From a virus (lineage: Duplodnaviria > Heunggongvirae > Uroviricota > Caudoviricetes), in IMG/VR virus record IMGVR_UViG_2645727636_000004, positions 76,925 through 140,924 of that record: DNA of 64,000 nt; one strand, given 5' to 3'. Positions 55,037 through 63,706 of the stretch are shown here, in pieces (position 1 is the stretch's first letter; each line of letters begins with the position of its first letter). A program made the position numbers and the translations under genes. The notes below the pieces were generated by a model that saw only the letters and a program-made list of their open reading frames with translations, made no database searches and was not told where the DNA came from.

Positions 55037-58000
55037 TTGGACAACTATACTGTTTACCACCTTCATAGTGATGTATCTAATTTAACCGCAGGTACAGGAG
55101 CAGACAGTATAACTAAATTTACTGATTACCTTGATAAAGCTCAAGAGTTAGGAATGCATTCAATTGCCTTTTCTGAGCATGGAAGTGTAATGAATTGGGT
55201 AAAGAAGAAGCAAGAGGTAGAAAAGCGTGGATTAAAATATATTCATGCCAATGAAATTTATTTAACTAAGGGGATAGGAGTAGAAGAAGTAAAAGGAAAA
55301 GACAAATTAATCCTTCAACGTGATAATTATCATTTTATGACTATTGCTAAGAACTATGAAGGAGTAAAAGAATTAAATGAATTAACTTCAAGGTCTTTTA
55401 ACCGAGAAGATGGTCACTTTTATTACAATCCACGTTTAACATTTGATGACTTAAAGAACACATCAGACAATATCATTATGACATCTGCATGTTTGGCTTC
55501 TCCAATTTGGCGGTTATATAACAATGCATATGAAGTTATAGGTGGTAACAAGGTAATTAAAGACGATAGTTTACATATTGAATACGAAGAGTTGATGCAA
55601 TGGTTTATCCAAAATAAACATAGAATGTTTTTTGAGGTTCAATATCATACACATCCAGAGCAAGTTAAGTTTAATCAAATGTTATCATACCTATCAAAAG
55701 AGACAGGGATTCCATTGATTGCAGGAACAGATACACATTGTTTGAATAATATTCATGCAAAAGGTCGTGAAACACTTCTTAAAGCTAAAGGTGCTAGTTA
55801 TGGTGATGAAGATCAATTTGATTTAACAATGAAATCATTTGATGAATTAGTAGAAATGTTTGAAGTTCAGGGTGCTTTATCACGTAATGAGTATTTAGAG
55901 GCTATTGAAAATACAAATGTAATGTCAAATATGATAGATGGTTTTGAATTAGATAGAAAACCCAAGTACCCTAAGTTGTATGAAAATCCAATTGAGGTAT
56001 TTAAAAGTAAGATAAACGAAGGTTTCATAAAACGTGGATTTAATAAGCTGCCAAAAGAAGAAAGAAAAGTTTACTTAGACCGTGTGCATGAAGAATTTGA
56101 TACATATGAAAAGCTAGATGCAGTTGACTACATGTTGCTGCAAACTAACATTATTGAGTGGTGTCACGAAAATGACATTTATCAAGGATACGGACGTGGT
56201 TCTGTAAATGGCTCACTTATTGCTTATCTGTTAGGTGTTACTGAGATGGATAGCGTCAAGCATAACTTAAACTTTTTCCGTTTCTTAAATCCAGATCGAG
56301 TTTCAATGCCAGATATAGATGTTGATTTTGAGCCATCTCGTAGACAAGACGTAATTGATTACTTGGCATCAATTAAAGGAATTGATTTTGCAGAAATTAT
56401 CACATTTAATACAATTGCAACTAAAGGAGCTATTCGAGATGTATCTCGTGCCTTAAATATTCCTTTAAATGAAGTAGATGAAATATCAAAAGCTGTAGAT
56501 AACAACACATTGGACAGATATAGAAGTAAATACAAAGAACTATTTGAATTTGTCGATCTATTAGAAGGTACTATAGTTTCTATGGGTAGTCATCCTTCAG
56601 GATTTGTAGTTTCTCCTATTGACCTTAATAGTCATATATCAACAATCTACACTAAGGAAAGTAATTATAAAGTAACTTCAATCAACATGAAGGAATTAGA
56701 TGGTCAATCATATGTAAAACTAGATATATTGGGTCTAGATAATATCGAGATAATAAACGAGACTTGTAAATTAGCTAATATTGAACGGCTTACACCAGAT
56801 AATATAGATGTAAACGATATGAATGTTTGGAGATCGCTTCGTGACTCTACGCTTGGTGTGTTCCAATTTGAATCTGATACTGCGTTTGATTATGTACAAC
56901 AGTTGTTTAGTGATAAGACACTCTCAAATATAAAGAGTGATATTGGAGAGATTGACTATATCAGCTTGTTAAGTTTAGCTAATGGTGCGATCAGACCTGC
57001 AGGCGATTCTTACAGAAGTAAATTGTCTAATGGTATTACGAATGATAACGGGCATGTATCTTTAAACGAATTTCTTAAATCAAACTTAGGCTATTTAGTT
57101 TTCCAAGAAGATATTATGCGGTTCTTAACTGACTTCTGCAATCACTCTGGTTCTGAATCTGACAGTGTAAGACGAGGGTTAAGTAAGAAAGAGGGGACAG
57201 AACAGTTCTTACCCAAAATTAGAGAAGGATTTATAGAAATAATGACAACTCAGTATGGGGAAACAGTTGAAAAGTCAGAAGAAATACTTCAGAGCTTCTT
57301 AAAGGTAATTGAGGATGCTTCAGATTATGGATTTTCTCTAAACCATTCGCAACCATATTCATTTATTGGTTATGTGTGCGCATACTTAAGATATCATTAT
57401 CCACATGAATTCATTACAACAATATTAAATGTACGAGAAGATAAGATGGATAAGAGTGCAAAAGTAATTGCTTATGCTAAACAAAAAGGAATAAAAATTA
57501 AGCCAATCAAGTTTGGCAAATCTAAGTCTAAATATGAGTATAGTAGCAGTGATAAATCTATATATAAAGGGTTAAAATCAATTAAATTCATTAATGATAA
57601 TATATCTGAAGAGCTATTTGAATTAGCACAATCTAAGAAGCATACGGATTTTCTAGAATTACTTATTGATATAACAGAAAATACATCAGTTAACACTAGG
57701 CAGCTCAATATTCTTATTCGATTAGGATTCTTTAGTGATTTTGGCAATAGTCGATATTTAGAGCTAATTGCAGAAAAATTTAATGATCGATATAAAAAAA
57801 ATCATAAAGATAATACGAAAGCCAAACGAATTCAAGAGGTTCAGGAGTTTATCTCAACTCTAATTGATATCAATGACTACTCAATTAATGAAAAAATAAT
57901 GTTTGAAGTAGAGGTATTGGGATACCCACAGAGTACAGATGATTCTTATGATAAATCGTTTGCTGTAATTACTGATGTAGAAACTAGGTATTCTCCTACC

Positions 58001-58222
58001 ATAAAGTTATATATTGTAAACAATGGCAGTGAAGTAGAAGTTAAAATTAATAAAAAATTGTTTACAGACAACAAGGGTAAAGCGCTATTAATTAAAGGTG
58101 ACTTAATCAAGGTGTTAAAAGTTGATCGTAGACCTAAACAACAGTTAATAGGAGGTAAATGGATACCGACTGATATAATGCAGAATTGGTTGTCGGCATG
58201 GGAGTTAACTAAGAAGGCTTAA
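55037..58222 (+). CDS. DNA polymerase III alpha-type (DnaE-like) replicative polymerase with an N-terminal PHP domain (1061 aa)
   Basis: YHLHSDVSNL...HSIAFSEHGSV PHP signature at the N-terminus; size over 1000 aa; polymerase-core-like middle region; TTG start after taatGGAGGttataacTTG. Confidence 0.8.
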   Translation: MDNYTVYHLHSDVSNLTAGTGADSITKFTDYLDKAQELGMHSIAFSEHGSVMNWVKKKQEVEKRGLKYIHANEIYLTKGIGVEEVKGKDKLILQRDNYHFMTIAKNYEGVKELNELTSRSFNREDGHFYYNPRLTFDDLKNTSDNIIMTSACLASPIWRLYNNAYEVIGGNKVIKDDSLHIEYEELMQWFIQNKHRMFFEVQYHTHPEQVKFNQMLSYLSKETGIPLIAGTDTHCLNNIHAKGRETLLKAKGASYGDEDQFDLTMKSFDELVEMFEVQGALSRNEYLEAIENTNVMSNMIDGFELDRKPKYPKLYENPIEVFKSKINEGFIKRGFNKLPKEERKVYLDRVHEEFDTYEKLDAVDYMLLQTNIIEWCHENDIYQGYGRGSVNGSLIAYLLGVTEMDSVKHNLNFFRFLNPDRVSMPDIDVDFEPSRRQDVIDYLASIKGIDFAEIITFNTIATKGAIRDVSRALNIPLNEVDEISKAVDNNTLDRYRSKYKELFEFVDLLEGTIVSMGSHPSGFVVSPIDLNSHISTIYTKESNYKVTSINMKELDGQSYVKLDILGLDNIEIINETCKLANIERLTPDNIDVNDMNVWRSLRDSTLGVFQFESDTAFDYVQQLFSDKTLSNIKSDIGEIDYISLLSLANGAIRPAGDSYRSKLSNGITNDNGHVSLNEFLKSNLGYLVFQEDIMRFLTDFCNHSGSESDSVRRGLSKKEGTEQFLPKIREGFIEIMTTQYGETVEKSEEILQSFLKVIEDASDYGFSLNHSQPYSFIGYVCAYLRYHYPHEFITTILNVREDKMDKSAKVIAYAKQKGIKIKPIKFGKSKSKYEYSSSDKSIYKGLKSIKFINDNISEELFELAQSKKHTDFLELLIDITENTSVNTRQLNILIRLGFFSDFGNSRYLELIAEKFNDRYKKNHKDNTKAKRIQEVQEFISTLIDINDYSINEKIMFEVEVLGYPQSTDDSYDKSFAVITDVETRYSPTIKLYIVNNGSEVEVKINKKLFTDNKGKALLIKGDLIKVLKVDRRPKQQLIGGKWIPTDIMQNWLSAWELTKKA

Positions 58223-58314
58223 ACATTTATATTACAAAATACATAATTTTGATAAAAATTAAATATTATTAAATGTAAAAAAGGAAGTGGGTTATTCTGC
58301 AAACAAAACACGTT

Positions 58315-59337
58315 GTGATGTTCTCAACAGGAGCAGGAAGTGCATGGTTAACTAAGTATGTAGTAGACAAGTATGGTAAGGAAAATACGATCATCTTAAT
58401 TACAGACACTAAATGGGAAGATGAAGACAATTACCGTTTCATGAAAGAAGTTGCTGATTACATTGGAATAGAAATTACTGAGAAATCAGATGGACGTACT
58501 CCAGAGGATATATTTAGAAAGGATTTGTATTTTGGAAACTTCGGAACAGCTCCATGTAGTAAAGAGTTGAAGATGAAGCAAACATTTTTATACATACAAG
58601 AATTAATTGAACAGGGTATTTTACCAATCTTATATTTTGGCATTGATTATAAAGAAGCTAGACGTGCTCCTAGGTTGGCTTATAACTATAAACATAATGT
58701 AGACGTGTTTGAGGATGGAGTAGAGTTACGTTTCCCTCTGATAGCTGAAATTGATGGTGAACCAGTAAATGGCAAACAATTAATACATAATAGAGATTTT
58801 CTAAATTCTGATAAAATGCCTAAAGTATACAATAAGGAAATTTATGAATCATTAGAATCCCAAGGAGCTACTATTTGTACTGCTAATCCGAAGCACGAAA
58901 TCGAGAATAATTGGGGAATTAAATTACCAAGAATGTATAGTGCTGTTGAAGAAGCTGCTAAAGATAAGAGTAATATGAAAGCAAATGAACTTTTAGAAAA
59001 AGGAGTCAAAGGTTTTTCTCATGCAAATTGTGGAGGAATTTGTGTTAAGGGAGGTATGGGGCATTACTCTGTATTATATGCTGTTTGGGAAGATCGGTAT
59101 TTAAAAATGGAAAAGTTAGAGCGAGAAATCAATGATGCCCAAATTGCAAAGAATGGTAGACGTTATACAATTTTAAGTAAGTTGATTCCTACTGGTGAGC
59201 TTGATGAGAAAGGTAAAGAGAAGAAAAAGAAAGTACCTTATTCATTAGAAGAATATCGATTAGAAGTTTTAGAAGGAGATATTAACTCAAACGTAGAGGT
59301 AGAAGAAAATACGATAGCATGTGAGTGCGTATTCTAA
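58315..59337 (+). CDS. PAPS-reductase/DndC-like PP-loop ATP pyrophosphatase-family protein; start uncertain (frame is open from 58279 with no canonical start before GTG 58315)
   Basis: HVVMFSTGAGSAW resembles the vvvSFSGGKDS PP-loop; C-terminal Cys cluster HANCGGICVKGG; RBS AAGGAAGTGG at 58282-58290 is too far from 58315. Confidence 0.5.
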   Translation: MMFSTGAGSAWLTKYVVDKYGKENTIILITDTKWEDEDNYRFMKEVADYIGIEITEKSDGRTPEDIFRKDLYFGNFGTAPCSKELKMKQTFLYIQELIEQGILPILYFGIDYKEARRAPRLAYNYKHNVDVFEDGVELRFPLIAEIDGEPVNGKQLIHNRDFLNSDKMPKVYNKEIYESLESQGATICTANPKHEIENNWGIKLPRMYSAVEEAAKDKSNMKANELLEKGVKGFSHANCGGICVKGGMGHYSVLYAVWEDRYLKMEKLEREINDAQIAKNGRRYTILSKLIPTGELDEKGKEKKKKVPYSLEEYRLEVLEGDINSNVEVEENTIACECVF

Positions 59338-59400
59338 TCAAGAAAATACATAATTTGATTTAAATAAAAGAAACCTATTATGAAAAGGAGAAGGTGTAAT

Positions 59401-59640
59401 ATGAATAATGAAGTTGAATTAATTAAAGTAAATACAGATGACTATGAAGTTTTATATGCAAATGGAAAGTTAGTATTTGAAGAAGATTCTTTAAATTTAT
59501 CAGAAGTGATTAATTACTTGGTTAATAAACATATCGTTAAGTATGTTACATATTACATAAAACAAAATAAATTAGCTGAAGTTTATAATTGGAGCTTTCC
59601 AAACGATTTTAATGAGTTTGATGTTAGTCATTTGAAATAA
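59401..59640 (+). CDS. hypothetical protein (79 aa)
   Basis: ATG at 59401 preceded by AAAAGGAGAAGGtgtaatATG; motif at 59344-59353. Confidence 0.5.
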   Translation: MNNEVELIKVNTDDYEVLYANGKLVFEEDSLNLSEVINYLVNKHIVKYVTYYIKQNKLAEVYNWSFPNDFNEFDVSHLK

Positions 59641-59670
59641 AAGGAGTATATCGTTGAAGGGATTGATGTT

Positions 59671-59880
59671 GTGGAAACTAAAGAATCTATGATTCAAAGT
59701 ATTTTAGATAATAATTTCAACAATGACGGATTTACGGTAGAAGGAATCATAAGAGTGCTACCTAGACGTTATGATAGATATGGACGAATGTATGGTTGGG
59801 ATGACGAGGAATTTTATATCAGAGCATTCATTTACATAAGGCATATTAAAGGATTTAAAGAGTATTTGAAGGATAAGTAG
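59671..59880 (+). CDS. hypothetical protein (69 aa), GTG start
   Basis: GAAGGGA lies 9 nt before the GTG. Confidence 0.5.
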   Translation: METKESMIQSILDNNFNNDGFTVEGIIRVLPRRYDRYGRMYGWDDEEFYIRAFIYIRHIKGFKEYLKDK

Positions 59881-59928
59881 TATCAAATAGAAGGAACATA
59901 AAATAAATATAATAGGAGACATGATAGT

Positions 59929-60204
59929 ATGATTAAAATTGATACAAGTGGAATGGATGACCTTATAAAAAAGTTAGATAATGCTCAAAAGCACATTAGT
60001 TTTACTATGGGAGAAATGTTAATTGACACATTAGGACATCATGTATTCAATGAATTTGAACTCAAATGTAATACGAATAATATTGAATTTGAAAGCGACG
60101 AGTTTATTTCAGAATTAGATAACGTAGTTAAAGTTAATACTAATTACGCTAACTGGGAGGAACTTCGTAGTGACTATATGTTTAAACGTCTTGGTTTGAA
60201 ATAA
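59929..60204 (+). CDS. hypothetical protein (91 aa)
   Basis: RBS atAGGAGacatgatagtATG. Confidence 0.55.
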   Translation: MIKIDTSGMDDLIKKLDNAQKHISFTMGEMLIDTLGHHVFNEFELKCNTNNIEFESDEFISELDNVVKVNTNYANWEELRSDYMFKRLGLK

Positions 60205-60210
60205 ATAGAT

Positions 60211-60282
60211 GAAAGTTTGTGAAATCTGACACCTTGTAAACCTTGTTATATCAACATTCTTGATTCGATTTCACAAACTTTC
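60211..60282 (+). repeat. perfect 16-bp inverted repeat (GAAAGTTTGTGAAATC/GATTTCACAAACTTTC) with a 40-nt loop
   Basis: Arms at 60211-60226 and 60267-60282; intergenic; the downstream sequence is not a clean T-run. Confidence 0.55.
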
Positions 60283-60339
60283 TTTAAATAATATTCATCT
60301 TTTATTTAAATAAATATATAAAATTAGGAGGATCAATTT

Positions 60340-60828
60340 ATGAAAGAAGTATATGTTGTTACTTATGGAACTTATTCGGATTATGGGATTGACTGTATAT
60401 TTACAGATTTAGAAAAGGCAAATAAATATGTGAAGTTGCAAAATAATGGAGGAAGTGATGATTATAGAATCGAAACATATCCGTTAGATCAAGTTGTGAT
60501 TGACTCAGTTAAAATAATTAAAGTTTACGCAGAAAAAGAATTAAATAATGATGATTATAAATTTAAATATGAAATTGTTGATGTTATAAATGAAGACTTT
60601 AACATCAATCGTACTCGGGTTAGTGTCAAGGATTACAGTCATAAGAAAAGTTCTAATATTACATTACGTAGGAAATTTAAAGGTGACGAAATAGGAATTG
60701 TAAATAAATATAAAAAAGTAGTAGAAGATTACTTCTTTAAGATTGAATCTAATTGGGACATATATAAAAGTTATGAAGGTGAAGAATCAATATCTGCAGA
60801 CTTAGAAAAAGATATTAATATTATTTAA
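60340..60828 (+). CDS. hypothetical protein (162 aa)
   Basis: RBS ttAGGAGGatcaatttATG. Confidence 0.55.
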   Translation: MKEVYVVTYGTYSDYGIDCIFTDLEKANKYVKLQNNGGSDDYRIETYPLDQVVIDSVKIIKVYAEKELNNDDYKFKYEIVDVINEDFNINRTRVSVKDYSHKKSSNITLRRKFKGDEIGIVNKYKKVVEDYFFKIESNWDIYKSYEGEESISADLEKDINII

Positions 60829-60878
60829 ATAATAAATACACGCATATTATTTAAAGTTAAAGAAAAAGGAGTCATTTT

Positions 60879-61058
60879 ATGAAATTTAAAGAATTACTAA
60901 ATCTAGTGAGTGCTTCTGAAACGATTGTAGTTGAGGGCACTAATAACCTTTACAATACTACATATAATGATCTTGATTATGATGAAATATTAAGGAATGC
61001 TGATGTTAAAGGTATTTATGTGAACAAAGAAGGAATTTTAACAATTAGCTTTCAATAA
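60879..61058 (+). CDS. hypothetical protein (59 aa)
   Basis: RBS AAAAGGAGtcattttATG. Confidence 0.45.
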   Translation: MKFKELLNLVSASETIVVEGTNNLYNTTYNDLDYDEILRNADVKGIYVNKEGILTISFQ

Positions 61059-61095
61059 AATCACACTATTATTATAAGAATGGAGAGATCAACCA

Positions 61096-61383
61096 ATGAA
61101 TAAAGAGTATGAATATAATATCGAACTAGAAAATGGGAAGTATAATATGGTTTTAACTAATGATTACAAGGTTCAATACTTACGAGGAGGAGATATTTGG
61201 GTAGAAGACCCTCCTGCGCCTAAAATGTTGATATCCTTTATGGACAAATTTGAACAATTAGAGAATCAGTTAATAGAAGCTAAAAATTTATTGGACTATG
61301 CGCAAGATGTCCTTAGCAATGTACATATGGATGACAGCGAAGTATATCAAGAAATTAGTGACTTTCTAAATAAAGGAGAATGA
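61096..61383 (+). CDS. hypothetical protein (95 aa)
   Basis: RBS aatGGAGAGatcaaccaATG. Confidence 0.55.
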   Translation: MNKEYEYNIELENGKYNMVLTNDYKVQYLRGGDIWVEDPPAPKMLISFMDKFEQLENQLIEAKNLLDYAQDVLSNVHMDDSEVYQEISDFLNKGE

Positions 61384-61386
61384 TTC

Positions 61387-61533
61387 ATGACAAAAGAAAT
61401 GATTACAATTGCTAAAGAAGAGTATGATTCCTTATTGGAGTCATCTGAATTTCTATCTTGCTTAGAAGCCTGTGGAGTGGATAATTGGGGTGGATACAGT
61501 GATGCTTATGAAATGATGAATAACGAGGATTAA
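61387..61533 (+). CDS. hypothetical protein (48 aa)
   Basis: Begins 3 nt after the previous stop; translation MTKEMITIAKEEYDSLLESSEFLSCLEACGVDNWGGYSDAYEMMNNED. Confidence 0.4.
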   Translation: MTKEMITIAKEEYDSLLESSEFLSCLEACGVDNWGGYSDAYEMMNNED

Positions 61534-61594
61534 TAAGTATTCTATAAAAGATTAGTATTATAAAAACAAATACATAAAAGGAGATTTATTAATC

Positions 61595-61831
61595 ATGGAG
61601 CAATTCATCATTGTATCTGGAGAAGTAGGAGACTGGGAAGGACTATATTTTAAAGGTAAATTGTTTAAAGAAAGTCATCGTATCACTACTTATGACATCA
61701 TGAATCTATTGAAAGACCATTACAAAGAGTTAGATGGTACTTTTGGTAAGTATACAATTAATCAGGACTACTTAGAGACTAATGGATTATTACCTAGCAA
61801 TTTTAAAGATATCAATAAGAATATGCTTTAA
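61595..61831 (+). CDS. hypothetical protein (78 aa)
   Basis: RBS AAAGGAGatttattaatcATG; motif at 61568-61577. Confidence 0.55.
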   Translation: MEQFIIVSGEVGDWEGLYFKGKLFKESHRITTYDIMNLLKDHYKELDGTFGKYTINQDYLETNGLLPSNFKDINKNML

Positions 61832-61857
61832 TAAATATATAAATGGAGTTGAGTCTT

Positions 61858-62067
61858 ATGCAGGATGGGAAAACAGTAACCGAACAAAATGTGTGGGAAC
61901 ATTACAAAAGGGTGGAAGCAGAAAACTTTCACCTAAAGAAACAACTTGTCAATAAGAATAGACAAATTAACCAGCTTAAGCGTGTGATTAGTCAATGGAA
62001 AAGTAAGTATGAAAAACTTATGGAGAATCGTAAGCCTAAGTACAAAAATACAATCAGAAGAAAGTAA
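61858..62067 (+). CDS. hypothetical basic protein (69 aa)
   Basis: ATG at 61858 preceded by aatGGAGttgagtcttATG. Confidence 0.5.
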   Translation: MQDGKTVTEQNVWEHYKRVEAENFHLKKQLVNKNRQINQLKRVISQWKSKYEKLMENRKPKYKNTIRRK

Positions 62068-62081
62068 GGAGATGGATATTA

Positions 62082-62237
62082 ATGGATAGTGTAAAAGTTA
62101 GTATTAGATGTGAGACAGGGATTTTCAATCGTAATGAAGTGGATATGAATCAATATCTAGAATTAGTAAATGAAGATGTAAGTGTTTTACTACCAGAGAA
62201 TCAATTCATTGGTGTTAAGGTTACGGTTGAAAAATAA
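62082..62237 (+). CDS. hypothetical protein (51 aa)
   Basis: RBS gtAAGGAGatggatattaATG. Confidence 0.4.
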   Translation: MDSVKVSIRCETGIFNRNEVDMNQYLELVNEDVSVLLPENQFIGVKVTVEK

Positions 62238-62274
62238 GATAGGTGGCAACTTACGCCAGAGGAGAATAATTAAT

Positions 62275-62754
62275 ATGAAAAATTTCTTAATGAATGTAAT
62301 GGACTTAAAAGTTTTTGATGAGAAAGGTAAATTTATCACAAAGTTAGATACTGCTACAAAAGGTGAATTAGTACATAGTGATCAAGCATCATATTTCGCA
62401 ATTAACATTTCGGATTTTAATATTGATATGATAAAAGCCATTGGAGAAGTTGAAAATACTGAATCATTATCTGATTTCGAAAAAGAATTAGCTCCTAAGT
62501 CAACTAAGATTAAATTTAAACCATTGTATCGCAATGAAAATGAGAAGAAGTTTAAGTTGGTTGCTGAAGGTGAGTTATATAATAGCTCTGGAGACGTTTC
62601 TCATGACTTTAAAGTGATTATTAATGAGTCAGTATTGATGTCTGGATTAGAATTTGAATTTAGTAATGTCGATATCAGTGAATATACACATGTATTTGCT
62701 ATTCGTGTAGATGATAATGGAAATAGCTTTGAATTAGAATTGATTGAAAAATAA
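62275..62754 (+). CDS. hypothetical protein (159 aa)
   Basis: ATG at 62275 preceded by caGAGGAGaataattaatATG. Confidence 0.55.
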   Translation: MKNFLMNVMDLKVFDEKGKFITKLDTATKGELVHSDQASYFAINISDFNIDMIKAIGEVENTESLSDFEKELAPKSTKIKFKPLYRNENEKKFKLVAEGELYNSSGDVSHDFKVIINESVLMSGLEFEFSNVDISEYTHVFAIRVDDNGNSFELELIEK

Positions 62755-62763
62755 GTAGTAAAT

Positions 62764-62812
62764 ATAGTAGGAATATGGTGGAAATATCACTTTATTATCA
62801 TATTCCTACTAT
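62764..62812 (+). repeat. perfect 14-bp inverted repeat (ATAGTAGGAATATG/CATATTCCTACTAT) with a 21-nt loop
   Basis: Arms at 62764-62777 and 62799-62812; intergenic; not followed by a T-run. Confidence 0.55.
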
Positions 62813-62881
62813 AGAATTTAGATAAAATGACAATATTATTTAAATAATAAAAATACATAAACAGAATGGAGAAATTAATGT

Positions 62882-63706
62882 ATGACGATTTTACAAAACG
62901 CTTATAATGCCTATTTATCTAAGAAGTACGAGAAAGAGATTAATGAGTTTAAAGACTACGCTTTGAATAAATTAGACAAATCGATCACAAATACAGAAAA
63001 TAATTTATTACGTTACGTCACTAATGATCATTACGGTTACGATAAAATTCAAAGCGAGAAAGAAACTTTAAAAACATTACAGAAATTAAAAAGCTGCGTA
63101 TCAGGAAATATATTGTCATTAAATATTAATTACGGAGAGTATCCAGTATATATCACATATGAGTTAGAAGAAAAGTACAATAAATTGAACGGCTTGATTG
63201 TAAAAGGTGAAACAGTGCAATTTGATGAAAATAAGTATAAATGGGATTTGACTAATACCAACGCAGCAACAGACATTATCAATAAACACTTTGAAGAAGT
63301 GAAAAATATTATTGATGAACAAACAAACGATCTTGCTGAAATTAAAGATGATAACAAGAATAACTTAAATGGTGACATTGATTTAAAAGCTTATATTCAA
63401 GAACGTAAAGATGAGCATATGAAGATGATTGAGGAAGAAAAGAATAAGCAACAAGAAATACATGATAAGCTTATGAAAAATATTAAATTTACAATGGATT
63501 ATTGGGAGAAATACTATAAAGATAAGCTGAGTGAAATTGATAGTAATTTCAATATCTCAGTATCAATAAATGAACTGTCGCAAGGAACGAAATTGGCTCT
63601 CAAAATCATCAAACCCGAAGCCTTAGGTTTAAGTAATGAAGAAGCAAAAATGTTTGCAGATATTATTGTGGATAAAATTAAGAAGAATAAGGGTGGATTG
63701 TATTAA
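62882..63706 (+). CDS. hypothetical protein (274 aa)
   Basis: RBS aatGGAGaaattaatgtATG; motif at 62851-62860. Confidence 0.55.
   Translation: MTILQNAYNAYLSKKYEKEINEFKDYALNKLDKSITNTENNLLRYVTNDHYGYDKIQSEKETLKTLQKLKSCVSGNILSLNINYGEYPVYITYELEEKYNKLNGLIVKGETVQFDENKYKWDLTNTNAATDIINKHFEEVKNIIDEQTNDLAEIKDDNKNNLNGDIDLKAYIQERKDEHMKMIEEEKNKQQEIHDKLMKNIKFTMDYWEKYYKDKLSEIDSNFNISVSINELSQGTKLALKIIKPEALGLSNEEAKMFADIIVDKIKKNKGGLY

Noticed and set aside
58279-58318. An authentic upstream start for the PAPS-reductase-like gene at ATT 58294 or CTG 58297
   Set aside because: These are non-canonical starts. I cannot distinguish between a rare start, a sequencing frameshift and a true GTG 58315 start with poor RBS spacing, so the ambiguity is reported rather than a corrected coordinate.
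4619-62860. Reading AAATACATAA simply as a sigma-A -10 box (CATAAT/CATAAA)
   Set aside because: The first position is C rather than the near-invariant T, and no -35 sits at the right spacing in most copies. Where canonical promoters exist, the motif lies upstream of the -35, not at -10.
5438-63378. About 40 other minus-strand track ORFs of 60–120 aa (for example 5438–5620, 6778–7068, 8161–8376, 11787–12041, 13674–13901, 14409–14597, 16712–16897, 24469–24672, 30956–31204, 32291–32503, 47125–47388, 49716–50078, 51274–51600, 53519–53830, 57472–57747, 63130–63378)
   Set aside because: All lie fully inside well-supported + strand genes, lack Shine-Dalgarno sequences and have Ile/Leu/Phe/Ser-rich translations typical of antisense frames in AT-rich DNA.
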